Below, in pieces: positions 45,329 to 54,815 of a stretch of DNA of 64,000 nucleotides. The stretch is taken from assembly GCA_016188785.1 (NCBI GenBank), contig JACPHD010000001.1:26300-90299 (forward strand), in the 5' to 3' direction. Under the pieces are notes generated by a model. That model was not told the origin of the DNA. It worked only from the letters and a program-made list of their open reading frames with translations, and ran no database searches. How positions within the stretch are numbered: the first letter of the stretch is position 1; the number at the start of each line of letters is the position of its first letter. The position numbers and the translations under genes were made by a program. This stretch comes from Parcubacteria group bacterium. GTDB taxonomy: Bacteria > Patescibacteriota > Patescibacteriia > Patescibacteriales > GWC2-42-12.

Positions 45329-45473
45329 TTGTCATTGCGAGGAACGTTATTTTAATTTGTCATTGCGGGCTTGACCCGCAATCCAGGACGATGGAAATAT
45401 TGACCAACGTGGTTTTTCTGGATTCCTGCCTGCGCAGGAATGACGAAAGAAATTTGCTCGCTCGCAATGACAA
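45329..45473. mobile_element. MITE-like element TTGTCATTGCGAGG...CTCGCAATGACAA (family copy 3)
   Basis: Inner hairpins GTCATTGCGGGCTTGACCCGCAATCC and GGATTCCTGCCTGCGCAGGAATGAC. Confidence 0.6.
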
Positions 45474-45581
45474 TAAAAAAACATTACCCTTTTAACTTAA
45501 TCAATTCGTCCGCCTTGAGCTTGGCTTCTTGCTCTAAAAAATATTTATTTATACCCGGAATTAAAGACAGCCATTTTTTTA

Positions 45582-45992
45582 TCAATTTAATAATTTCTTA
45601 ATAATTTCACCGATATTTATTTTAGCCTTAGTTAAAAGCCGGCTGATTTTTTTCGCGGTTTCTTCGCCGGCTCGCTTAAATTCCTGCTGTTTTTGCGGCG
45701 CCAAATTCAAATATATATCTCTTAAATCTTGGGCTAAGATATTTTCCACCTGCTTTTGCCGCTTGGCCGGCGGCGCAGTCACGCCCCCGACCGGACCAAT
45801 CGCGGCCGGCGCCATGGTTTCGGTTTGGCTGATTTTTTCAGTCGCGCCAATTTTATCTTGCTCCAGGCTTTTCGCCTGCTCGCCATTAGCCAAGCGCTCC
45901 GGGTTTTGTTTTAATTTCTCGCCTTGAACTAACGGCCGCTCATTGGCCGCCGCGGCCTTTTCATTTGGCTGATCCAATTTTATGTCAGGCAT
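45582..45992 (-). CDS. Hypothetical low-complexity protein
   Basis: 136-aa ORF. Confidence 0.3.
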   Translation of the reverse strand: MPDIKLDQPNEKAAAANERPLVQGEKLKQNPERLANGEQAKSLEQDKIGATEKISQTETMAPAAIGPVGGVTAPPAKRQKQVENILAQDLRDIYLNLAPQKQQEFKRAGEETAKKISRLLTKAKINIGEIIKKLLN

Positions 45993-46098
45993 ATAACATT
46001 ATTATAACATAAAATAAAATAAATAAAAATACACTCTATTTTTATAAAATAAAATATATGCTATAATAAAAACAATTAAATCTCTTACTCCCATTTCT

Positions 46099-47067
46099 AT
46101 GTCTAACTCCAAAAAAATTTCTAAAAATATTCAGCAAATTGCCATCGCCAATCCGCAAAAAACTAATTACATTAACTGGGTTAATATCAATAGCGCGGGC
46201 AAAGCGGAAATTGAATTTTTAAGAAAAACCTACGGCTTTAAATTATCGCAATTAGCGGCCTCGGCGGCCAAAGCCAGCTCCCAAAGGCCGATTATTGCCC
46301 GCGAAGCCGATTATATTTTTATAATTTTACATTTTCCGGTTGAAACTAACGGCCGGATTATGGCCGCGGAAATTGAATTTTTTATCGGCCATGGCTTTTT
46401 AATAAGCCTGCCTGGCGCGGCGGTTAAACCGCTTAATGATTTTTTTAACTTATGCAAAAAAGATTCTAATTCGCTCTTATCTTATAAACTTGAATCTTCA
46501 GCCATCCTGCTTTATGAAATTTTAAACCAACTGCTTAAACATAGCTACGCGCTGTTAGATAATAACAGCCTGGCTATCAGCCAGGCCGAACAAACCGTCT
46601 TAAAGAGCCAAGACCAAAAAAAATCAGCCGCCTTAATTTTAAGCCTGCGCCATAATCTGATTAACACTCGTAAAATCATGCAGAATCATAAAAATATCAT
46701 TAAGCGGCTGATGGTCATGGAAAGCAGTCTGATCGCGCCGGAGCAGCTTAAAAAATATTATAGCCAGCTCGTGGATCAGACAAAAAATATTTGGGAAACT
46801 TTAGAAAACCAGCGCGACATGGTTGAAGCGCTGTCCGCCTCTTACGAGTCGCTCTCTAATTATCGCTTAAGCGCTATCATGAAAACTTTAACTATTTTTT
46901 ACGTGATCTTTTCTTCTCTGTCTTTAGTGGCGGCGATTTTTAGCCTGAACGTAGATAAAAATATGCCATTTATAAATCAGCCCAACGGTTTTTGGCTGGT
47001 GATTATTATTATGAGCCTAGTCGGCTTAAGCATGCTCTATTTATTTAAAAAGAAAAAGTGGCTGTAA
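46099..47067 (+). CDS. CorA-like divalent cation transporter (GMN motif not conserved)
   Basis: 322 aa; two C-terminal TM helices after a long cytoplasmic domain. 'LNV' sits in place of GMN. Confidence 0.5.
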   Translation: MSNSKKISKNIQQIAIANPQKTNYINWVNINSAGKAEIEFLRKTYGFKLSQLAASAAKASSQRPIIAREADYIFIILHFPVETNGRIMAAEIEFFIGHGFLISLPGAAVKPLNDFFNLCKKDSNSLLSYKLESSAILLYEILNQLLKHSYALLDNNSLAISQAEQTVLKSQDQKKSAALILSLRHNLINTRKIMQNHKNIIKRLMVMESSLIAPEQLKKYYSQLVDQTKNIWETLENQRDMVEALSASYESLSNYRLSAIMKTLTIFYVIFSSLSLVAAIFSLNVDKNMPFINQPNGFWLVIIIMSLVGLSMLYLFKKKKWL

Positions 47068-47145
47068 AAATATAAAATTACAAATAACAAATTACAAACA
47101 AATACTAATGACCAAAATTAAAATTATAATCCGTTTAAAATTAGG

Positions 47146-48117
47146 TCATTTGAATTTATAATTTGTTTGTAATTTGGTGTTTGTAATTTGGGATTTAATA
47201 ATGTTTTTTACATCCGATAAACTCTCTACTTGAATTAACTTTTTCCTTAATTCAGACGCATTATCCAGTCCCCTGACGTACCAGCATAAATGCTTACGCA
47301 TTTCTATTATTCCCTGCTTGCCTTTTAATTTATGAGCCAAACTCGTATGCTTTAAAGCTGTTTCAAAAATTTCTTTATTTGAAAATTGAAAATTGAAAAT
47401 TGAAAATTGTTTGAATATCCACGGCCGCCCCAGCGCGCCTCGGCCGATGCCAAGACCATCGGCTTCAGTCTTTTTCAACATCTCTTCGGCGCTGGCTTCA
47501 TCCTTAACTCCGCCATTGGCTAAAATAATACCGGAAAAATATTTTCTAGCTTGCTTAATTATTGTAAAATCCACTTCGCCCGAATGGCCTTGAGCTAAAC
47601 TGCGGCCATGAATCATAACCGCGGCCACTGGCAAATCTTTTATAGTTTTTAAAAAATCCAAAACCGTTATTGCCCCGACCCGCGAGCGGCATTTTATAGA
47701 CACTGGCAGATTAGTCGCGCCTAAAACCGCTTTAACAATTTCACGAGCTAATTTTAAATCATTCATTAAAACCGCGCCCGCGCCCTGCCGCGCTACTTTT
47801 TTTACCGGACAGCCGAAATTTATATCCAGGCCGTCCGGTTTTATTTTTTTAGTAATAAATTCAGCCGCGTAAGCGAAATGCTCCGGCTTACTGCCGAAAA
47901 GCTGGGCCACAAACGGCCGCTCTGCCTTACGATCAAACCGCGCCAACTCTAAAGTTTTTTTTGAATTATAAACAATAGCCGTAGCGCTAATCATTTCGCT
48001 GAAAACCGCGTCCGCGCCGAACGACTGGCAAATTTGCCTGAAAGCCGAATCGCTTATTCCGGCCATGGGCGCTAAAGCATAGATCGGTTTTTTAAAAGTT
48101 ATCCAAAAATTTCTCAT
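47146..48117 (-). CDS. dusB: tRNA-dihydrouridine synthase
   Basis: 'LAPMAGISDSAFRQ', 'DINFGCPVKKV'. In-frame (GAAAATT)4 encodes FSIFNFQFS. Start taken at MRNFWITF. Confidence 0.85.
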   Translation of the reverse strand: MRNFWITFKKPIYALAPMAGISDSAFRQICQSFGADAVFSEMISATAIVYNSKKTLELARFDRKAERPFVAQLFGSKPEHFAYAAEFITKKIKPDGLDINFGCPVKKVARQGAGAVLMNDLKLAREIVKAVLGATNLPVSIKCRSRVGAITVLDFLKTIKDLPVAAVMIHGRSLAQGHSGEVDFTIIKQARKYFSGIILANGGVKDEASAEEMLKKTEADGLGIGRGALGRPWIFKQFSIFNFQFSNKEIFETALKHTSLAHKLKGKQGIIEMRKHLCWYVRGLDNASELRKKLIQVESLSDVKNIIKSQITNTKLQTNYKFK

Positions 48118-48143
48118 AAAAACATCAGACCGCCAAAAAAATA

Positions 48144-48258
48144 CCGTCATTCCTGCGGAGGCAGGAATCCAGAAATTCCACGAACATTTTTTCTCCCCGC
48201 ATATGCGGGGCGGATTCAGGGGAATGACGATACTTTTCGGACAGTCTTGAAATGACAA
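48144..48258. mobile_element. MITE-like GC-rich element CGTCATTCCTGCGGAGGCAGGAATCC...GAAATGACAA (family copy 4)
   Basis: Includes palindrome CCCCGCATATGCGGGG. Lies between the cysS stop and the dusB start. Confidence 0.55.
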
Positions 48259-49686
48259 TCATTTTTTACTTACCCTCTGCCCGCTTTTAGTATCTTCCAC
48301 TCTATAGCCTTGTTTTTCAATTTCTTGCCGCAATTTATCCGATTCTTGAAAATTATTTTCTTGTCTGGCTTTTTCTCTGGTCTTAATTATAGCCTGAATA
48401 TTTTCAGGCAGGTCAATGTTTTGCAATTCCTCTTTAATATTTAAACCTAAAACTCTATCAAAATCTAAAATCGTGGCCAATTTCTCTTTACCAGATAACT
48501 TTGACTTTAAAACTTCCTGCGCTACTGCCAGCGCTTGCGGCGTATTCAAATCGTCATTTACAACCGATAAAAATTTATTTTTAAAATTTTCATTTACATT
48601 CCTAATTCCTAATTCATGATTCCTAATTCCTAATTCTCTTATTTGATTATATAAATGCTTTAGCCCTTTTTCCGCGTTTAAAATAGTTTCTTCACTATAC
48701 TCCATAGTCTTGCGGTAATGCGTTCCTAAAGCCGCGAACCTAAAGGCCAGCGGATCAATGCTCTTTTTTATTAAAGCATTTTCCAGCGTCAGGAAATTCT
48801 CTTCCGACTTAGCCATTTTCTTGCCGCCGGCGATATTTAAAAACGCGCCATGCAACCAAAAATTAAAAAACTTCTTGCCCGTGGCCGCCTGGCTTTGCGC
48901 GATTTCGTTGGTATGATGCACGTTGATATGATCAATGCCGCCGCAATGAATGTCCAATTGACTTTTGAGAATTGCCAAACTCATAGCCGAGCATTCAATA
49001 TGCCAGCCGGGAAAGCCGACCCCCCAAGGTGAATCCCATTCCATCTGCCTTTTTGCTATTTTCACCCCCCTGATAAGGGGGGTAAGGGGGGTTGAAAACT
49101 TCCATAAAGCAAAATCCGTTGGATTCTTTTTTTCCTCATTCTTTTCCACCCTGGCGCCTTCTTTTAAAGCCGCTAAATTTTGCCGGCTTAATTTAGCATA
49201 ATCTTTAAATTTAGCCGTATCATAGTAAAGGCCGTCAGTAGTTTTATAAGTATAGCCTTTGGTTTCTAAAATTTTTATTAAATCAATCTGCTCTTTAATG
49301 TAATCAGTGGCTTTGCACCAAACCTCCGGTTCTAAAATATTTAATTTTTTAATATCTTTTTTAAACTCTTGGGTATAAAACTCGGCGATTTGCCAAGCCG
49401 TCTTATGCTCCCGTTTAGCCCCGATTTCTAATTTATCCTCGCCCATATCGCGGTCGCCGGTTAAATGGCCAACATCGGTTATGTTCATGACGTGCCGTAC
49501 TTTGTAGCCGTTATAAATTAAAACGCGCTTTAAAATATCTTCAAACAAATAAGCGCGCAAATTGCCTAAATGCGCGTAATTATAAACCGTGGGCCCGCAA
49601 GTATAAAGTCCGACTTGTCCTTTTTTAATCGGCTTAAATTCCTGTTTTTTCCGGCCTAAAGTATTGTATAAAAATAGTTTGTTCAT
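48259..49686 (-). CDS. cysS: Cysteine--tRNA ligase
   Basis: 'HLGNLRAY' HIGH, 'GFPGWHIEC', 'KMAKS' KMSKS. C-terminal in-frame (CCTAATT)n encodes ELGIRNHELGIRN. Confidence 0.9.
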   Translation of the reverse strand: MNKLFLYNTLGRKKQEFKPIKKGQVGLYTCGPTVYNYAHLGNLRAYLFEDILKRVLIYNGYKVRHVMNITDVGHLTGDRDMGEDKLEIGAKREHKTAWQIAEFYTQEFKKDIKKLNILEPEVWCKATDYIKEQIDLIKILETKGYTYKTTDGLYYDTAKFKDYAKLSRQNLAALKEGARVEKNEEKKNPTDFALWKFSTPLTPLIRGVKIAKRQMEWDSPWGVGFPGWHIECSAMSLAILKSQLDIHCGGIDHINVHHTNEIAQSQAATGKKFFNFWLHGAFLNIAGGKKMAKSEENFLTLENALIKKSIDPLAFRFAALGTHYRKTMEYSEETILNAEKGLKHLYNQIRELGIRNHELGIRNVNENFKNKFLSVVNDDLNTPQALAVAQEVLKSKLSGKEKLATILDFDRVLGLNIKEELQNIDLPENIQAIIKTREKARQENNFQESDKLRQEIEKQGYRVEDTKSGQRVSKK

Positions 49687-49833
49687 ATTTTCTCACTTAT
49701 AAGGGGGGAAATTCCCACCCCCTTGACTTTTATTTTAAATTTGCTATATTGATATTAACATTGGCCGAACACTGTCCGTATGGCAGGTTTCCCTCGCGGG
49801 ATAGGCCATTCCCCCTTTAATGGGGGTTTTTTG

Positions 49834-50409
49834 TTACAATTCTTCCGAAATCTTATTTTTAATAAGCTCATCAACCGCCTTTTTCGCCCAATTATTTTTT
49901 TCTTCCCTAGAATCTCTGATTAAACCGCAAACCGCGTCAACCAATCTGATAAAAACATTATTTTCATCTTTTTTTACGCCCCTGACTTTTTTAGTCTTAA
50001 TTTTTAAATCTCTTAAACCCTTAATAAAAATCGCCAGTTCTTTTTTCCTTAAGCCGTCCACAAAAACCGTCGCTTTATAATCACCGCCGGATTTTTTTAA
50101 AATGGCTTTAGCCGTCACGTAGGCAGTAAGCTCCAAATATTTTTTCGTATCGCTGAAAATCTCAAAAAATATTTTATTGCGCAAAATATCAAGCCGGGAA
50201 ATTCCTTTAATATATTCTTGGCGGCATTCGCGCCGCGCTTTATGCCATTTAAGATTATTCTTGCCGCTGGCTTTTTCTATATTTTCCAATTTATCCGCCA
50301 AATTTTCCCTTTCACGCTCCATGATCAAAACGCTTACCACAAAGACTAAACCTTTAGTATCTTGGCCGGACTCATCCACATAAGCGTAGATTTTCTTTTT
50401 ATCTGCCAT
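49834..50409 (-). CDS. DUF3800-like protein
   Basis: N-terminal 'IYAYVDESG'. Confidence 0.5.
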   Translation of the reverse strand: MADKKKIYAYVDESGQDTKGLVFVVSVLIMERERENLADKLENIEKASGKNNLKWHKARRECRQEYIKGISRLDILRNKIFFEIFSDTKKYLELTAYVTAKAILKKSGGDYKATVFVDGLRKKELAIFIKGLRDLKIKTKKVRGVKKDENNVFIRLVDAVCGLIRDSREEKNNWAKKAVDELIKNKISEEL

Positions 50410-50558
50410 AAATTTAACCGCCCATTAACAAAGGGAATTATCTTGTATTTATTCTACCCCAGCCTATTTTTTTAGGCAAGAAAATTATAAAAAAGAAGCG
50501 GGTTATGGTATTTGCTTTTTTAGCATTTGCTTTTAGCATTTACCATAACCCGCCTAGA

Positions 50559-50816
50559 TTAAATTTCCGCGAGATTCCACTCACTCTCAAGGCAGTCCGC
50601 AGACTCCTTGTCAAAAGTCCGCGCCCTTCCGTCTCTCAGACTGTACTCCCAGGTACCGTCCGCTGTCCGCCGAAGAGAGTATTCAACTCTCTGACCCCAT
50701 CCAGCCGAGAAACCCCGTTCCGTCTTTTTGAGACAAAAACAGTACTGTTGATCAGTGACGAGCCAAAGGCGCCCGTCTACCTGGCTTTTTTGCACGCGCG
50801 TTTTTACCTTTTCCAT
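50559..50816 (-). CDS. Small hypothetical protein (85 aa), high GC, strong AGGAGG Shine-Dalgarno
   Basis: SD AAGGAGGAAGG 8 nt upstream. About 55% GC. Confidence 0.45.
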   Translation of the reverse strand: MEKVKTRVQKSQVDGRLWLVTDQQYCFCLKKTERGFSAGWGQRVEYSLRRTADGTWEYSLRDGRARTFDKESADCLESEWNLAEI

Positions 50817-50874
50817 TTTCCTTCCTCCTTTTTGTTTTTTATTCGCAAGCCGGGCGAGGTCGGCTTGCCTTTAT

Positions 50875-51399
50875 TTACTTTTTAGGCCTATAATCCTGCA
50901 TTTCTGGTGATACGGAAAAACCAAGCGACCAAGCAAGATTATGCGCACGCCAAAATTTTTCCCTCAACGCCATAAGTTTCGCGACATCGGGGCTCTTATC
51001 CAAGAACTCCTTCGCCAGCTCTTTTAGCTTGGCGTCTACCTTTTTTTGGTAGTGCTTAAACTCCCAAAACTCACATCTTGTTCTGATAACAAAAATTCTT
51101 CCATAACCTGCCCCAATTTCAAAAGTGGTTTTCCAGCCATAAGTATTCGGCAACTGAAAAAACATTTCTGAAAACTCCTGCTTGGCGCGTTTAAAAAAAC
51201 TCTCGGCGTAAAGGATAATTCCCAGGCAGATGAGGAGGGGAAGAGTTGCTGCCACAACAAAGTTTATTTCATAAATCTCCACAAAGGGCGGTGGAGACAG
51301 TAATGTAATCACCGTCAATACCTCTACTAAAAACCCTATGAACAAGGTAAATCTCTGGATTCCGCAGAGGTACCTTACGACCTTGTCCTGAAATTTCAT
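50875..51399 (-). CDS. Hypothetical 2-TM membrane protein
   Basis: GGAGGAG Shine-Dalgarno before MKFQDKVV. Higher GC than the flanks. Confidence 0.4.
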   Translation of the reverse strand: MKFQDKVVRYLCGIQRFTLFIGFLVEVLTVITLLSPPPFVEIYEINFVVAATLPLLICLGIILYAESFFKRAKQEFSEMFFQLPNTYGWKTTFEIGAGYGRIFVIRTRCEFWEFKHYQKKVDAKLKELAKEFLDKSPDVAKLMALREKFWRAHNLAWSLGFSVSPEMQDYRPKK

Positions 51400-51591
51400 G
51401 ATAACTCCTCCTGGCCGTTTTCCGCGGCAAATTTTTTCCTCCGTTAAAAACAAAATTAACTCCAACCCCACAACTCTGACTATTCTTTTTAAGAATCCTC
51501 GCCTATTCTTTAAAGATCAGCCAGCAGTAAACTGACTATAAAACTTATAGCCAATTTACTGCTGACTCATCTTATTTTTTAAAGTACAATC

Positions 51592-54348
51592 TTAATCAGC
51601 CTCGTCAACATTAAATACAACGGTATCGGTGGGCGCGCCGTTAACTATGGCGTTAACGCCTGAAAGCTGACCCCGGGCAGTTATGTCCCGGATAAATAAA
51701 CTAATCTGGTCGCCAACCGCGGTTTTATCCGCGTCTAAAAACAAATCTAAAATAAGGTTTTCCCCCGGATCTAAGCTAAGGCCGCCAAAACTTATTTCAT
51801 TAACATCCGCCACCGGCCGGGACAGCCGCGAGCCAGCTTGCCTTAACCGGCCATTATCATCAGTAAAAGCAAACTTTAAATTACTAAAGCCATTATTGTT
51901 GGATAAATTGCCGGCCGAACCGAAAGAATTTATAATAGCGCGGTCTAATCTTACTTTCTCCGCCGCATTATTACTAAGATTGAAACTGGCGATTTTATTT
52001 TCTTTCTGCCCTTTAACCGCGTTGCCGCCGCTCAAACTTTTAATCTGTAAAACCGTCTGCGTAATCTCAACTTCCGGGCTGGCCACGCCCCGATTATTAA
52101 TCGCGGCCGGAATTTTACTATTCTCCCCCATGGCCCTGGCGCTTTCTACAAAAAATTTCACCGTGCCGTCCGCGCTAAGGTCCAGATCAGCTTTAACAAA
52201 AATGTCAACCGAATCGCCGGCTCTTACCCCGGCCCTTAAATCGGCGAACTTATATGAATCCGCGTTTGGCTCGGCAATTATTTCGCTAATTCTGGAGCCG
52301 CCGCGATACAGGGCTAAATTACTGAAACCATTGGCAAAATTTACCGGCGTAAAACCGGCCACATTGGCCACGGTTAGGTTGGTGATAATTAAATCTTCCT
52401 CTTTGACCGCTTCGGCCTTAAAGGCCGCCAAGACCACCTGCTTTCTGCCGGCTACGGCTAATTCATTATCGCTGATTCGGCCGGCGAATAAATGAAGCGA
52501 AGGTTCAATTACCTGTATTTTCGGCCCGGCCAATAAAACATTATCACGGCGCAAAACATTATCATCAGCAATATTATAATTTACACTTTTAATCAAAATC
52601 TGATAGCTGTCGCCGGACAAAGCCGTTTCCGGAATATGCGCCCTTAACTGGAATTTAATAGTTTTGCCTTTAGGCGCGTTAAAACCGCTTAAACTGATTT
52701 CCGCAAAATTACCGTCAACTTTTCTGCCGTCAACCAGGCCCAGCTCGGCCTTGTTTTGCGCGTCAAAAATTTTTACCGACTTGTCTAAAGCCGGCGTTTC
52801 GCCTGATCTTACGACTTGCAAAGTCAGGGAAGAAAGTTTTATGTCGCTGGTATTATTACGCAGTTCAAGCGAGCCTAAAAGCGCCTCTTCCTGGCCGGCA
52901 TAAATTAAACGTTCATTATCTTTTAAAGGACTGGCGGTTAAGAAAACCGGCGCCCGCTTGATTAAAAAATTATTAGCTTGGCCGCTTAAGGCCGGGTCAA
53001 TTTCCGTGAAAATGTCATAATTATTATCATCAAAAGCGCTTAGATCATATTTGCTGGCAAGAATAAATTTTACCGTGCGGTCTTCGCCGTTTATAATATC
53101 AACTTTAAGAGTTAAATCCAGGGAATTATTTTTGCCTAAAAACAGGCCCCTAATAAAAACAAAGTCGGCTTTTTGGCCAGTCATGTTTCGGACTTGACCT
53201 ACGGTCCGTCCGTTGGCCGAGACTAAAGTTAAATTTTTTAAATCTTCCGGCCGGGCCGAACCCACGTTAGTTAAAGTGATTCTTTCAATCACGATGTCTT
53301 CGTTGCCGCTTACTTCGGTCAAGCGGAAAGCCGCCACGGCCTTATTAGTTGAACCGATAACCGCTTCCTGGCTGTTTGAATTCAAAACCAAAGGCGAGGC
53401 CTTAAGCCGGCCTAAATTATTAACCCCGTCAATTAGCTTGAATTCCGGGCCGAACTGAGGAAAATCTCCATTTAACGGAGCGTCAGCGTCAACCTGGCTA
53501 GCCTTGAGCAAACCGAATTTTAAAGTCTGGCCGAAAACGCCGCTAACCGGTTTTATATCGGCTTTTAAATAAAATATTTTCGCTTGACCGGCCGGAATAA
53601 CTAAAGGCTCGGCGCTTAAATTAAGATACAAGCGGCCATTGGTTAAACTATTTTTTTCGCCTTTAACCTGGCCGGCTTGATCAGTTAAATAAAGCGCGTC
53701 AATAATATCGTCCGCGGACACGCCCTGGCGGGTAAAAGTAAGCGCCCTGACTTTAATGTCGCGCGCGAAAGATTCAAATATAAATGCCGCCACTATATTA
53801 GCGCGGCTGCTGGTCGGCAGATACGGTGAAGCCAGGGCCAGCGGCTTGGAAGTAATTACTAACCGGCCATTAGCCTCTTCGCCGGTTAATTCGCGATCAA
53901 GCGCGCCGGCCGCTTTAAGCCCGGAAAAATCAACCGGTTTATATTCATTAAGATCAGCGGCCAGAACAGTGACAATCTGATTCCATTTAAAGCCGGAGTC
54001 AATAAACTGCTGTTCGGATTTAATCAAGGCTTTTTGGCCGTTAACAATATAATAAACCGAACGGCTGTTCTTGATTTTAACTAATTTCAGTTCCGGCCAT
54101 TTATTTAATTCCGCGCTGCTGATAATTTTAATGTCGCTCCATTTATTGCCATAAGCCAAAAAAGCTTTACTGTTCACATAAGCTTTTTTAAGCCCGCGCG
54201 CGTGATCCAAATAATATACTACCGGACTATCAGCGGTTTTAACCTGTTTAATTTTAGGATTAACAACGCCATAAGCCGCCCAGGCATTTGGCGCGCTAAT
54301 AAGCAAATAAATAATAGTAATTATGGCTAATTTTAAAAAATTTAACAT
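51592..54348 (-). CDS. Large secreted surface (S-layer-like) protein
   Basis: Signal peptide 'IIYLLISAPNAWA'. 918 aa, beta-rich repetitive. Confidence 0.55.
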   Translation of the reverse strand: MLNFLKLAIITIIYLLISAPNAWAAYGVVNPKIKQVKTADSPVVYYLDHARGLKKAYVNSKAFLAYGNKWSDIKIISSAELNKWPELKLVKIKNSRSVYYIVNGQKALIKSEQQFIDSGFKWNQIVTVLAADLNEYKPVDFSGLKAAGALDRELTGEEANGRLVITSKPLALASPYLPTSSRANIVAAFIFESFARDIKVRALTFTRQGVSADDIIDALYLTDQAGQVKGEKNSLTNGRLYLNLSAEPLVIPAGQAKIFYLKADIKPVSGVFGQTLKFGLLKASQVDADAPLNGDFPQFGPEFKLIDGVNNLGRLKASPLVLNSNSQEAVIGSTNKAVAAFRLTEVSGNEDIVIERITLTNVGSARPEDLKNLTLVSANGRTVGQVRNMTGQKADFVFIRGLFLGKNNSLDLTLKVDIINGEDRTVKFILASKYDLSAFDDNNYDIFTEIDPALSGQANNFLIKRAPVFLTASPLKDNERLIYAGQEEALLGSLELRNNTSDIKLSSLTLQVVRSGETPALDKSVKIFDAQNKAELGLVDGRKVDGNFAEISLSGFNAPKGKTIKFQLRAHIPETALSGDSYQILIKSVNYNIADDNVLRRDNVLLAGPKIQVIEPSLHLFAGRISDNELAVAGRKQVVLAAFKAEAVKEEDLIITNLTVANVAGFTPVNFANGFSNLALYRGGSRISEIIAEPNADSYKFADLRAGVRAGDSVDIFVKADLDLSADGTVKFFVESARAMGENSKIPAAINNRGVASPEVEITQTVLQIKSLSGGNAVKGQKENKIASFNLSNNAAEKVRLDRAIINSFGSAGNLSNNNGFSNLKFAFTDDNGRLRQAGSRLSRPVADVNEISFGGLSLDPGENLILDLFLDADKTAVGDQISLFIRDITARGQLSGVNAIVNGAPTDTVVFNVDEAD

Positions 54349-54360
54349 ATAATATAATTT

Positions 54361-54424
54361 ACCCCGTTAGAAAAATCTTTGACCAAACCAGGATAAACCC
54401 TGTTAAAAAAATTTCTAACTGGGT
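54361..54424. repeat. Inverted-repeat element ACCCCGTTAGAAAAAT...ATTTCTAACTGGGT (copy 5) upstream of the surface-protein gene
   Basis: Read directly. Confidence 0.6.
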
Positions 54425-54480
54425 AAATAATTTTAATAACTTATTACTATATCATATATTCAATATTATGTCAAACGAGC

Positions 54481-54509
54481 TTGACATAATACGCTGCTTT
54501 TACTAATAT
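54481..54509 (+). promoter_or_regulatory. Promoter TTGACA-N17-TAATAT, with two leader hairpins downstream (54521-54540, 54551-54571)
   Basis: Read directly; -35 lies inside palindrome ATGTCAAACGAGCTTGACAT. Confidence 0.55.
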
Positions 54510-54597
54510 TTATAGCAAAAGCGGCGAATGATGCCGCTTAACAAAAACAACCGGGCGTAAAAAATGCCCGGAAAATTTAATTTAGGAGGGTTAAAAA

Positions 54598-54798
54598 ATG
54601 AAGGAGAATAAGGAGAATAAGGTAGACGTTGTCTTGGCTCTAAACGCCGATCGGAAAAACACGGAACAAGCCACCGCGCCAGATCAGTGTACCTGCGGCA
54701 ACGATTGCTCTTGCCAGAAAAAAAACAACCAGCAAACCACAAGAGTAATCATAAGACGGCTAGGGTCACCGCTCGACGTGCCGCTCTTTTACCAGTAA
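54598..54798 (+). CDS. Small Cys-rich protein (CTCGNDCSC), 66 aa
   Basis: AGGAGGG Shine-Dalgarno 7 nt upstream; intrinsic terminator follows. Confidence 0.5.
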   Translation: MKENKENKVDVVLALNADRKNTEQATAPDQCTCGNDCSCQKKNNQQTTRVIIRRLGSPLDVPLFYQ

Positions 54799-54815
54799 AA
54801 TAAATAAGACTTCAA

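Noticed and set aside
49690-49760. Plus-strand sigma70-like promoter TTGACT-N16-TATATT after the cysS start
   Set aside because: No plus-strand gene follows; the downstream ORF 49820-50080 is a shadow of DUF3800. It may drive an antisense or ncRNA, but the evidence is insufficient.
50505-50885. Plus-strand 126-aa ORF
   Set aside because: Overlaps the minus-strand 85-aa gene, which has a consensus AGGAGG Shine-Dalgarno. The plus-strand translation is Pro/Leu/Phe-rich without a ribosome-binding site.
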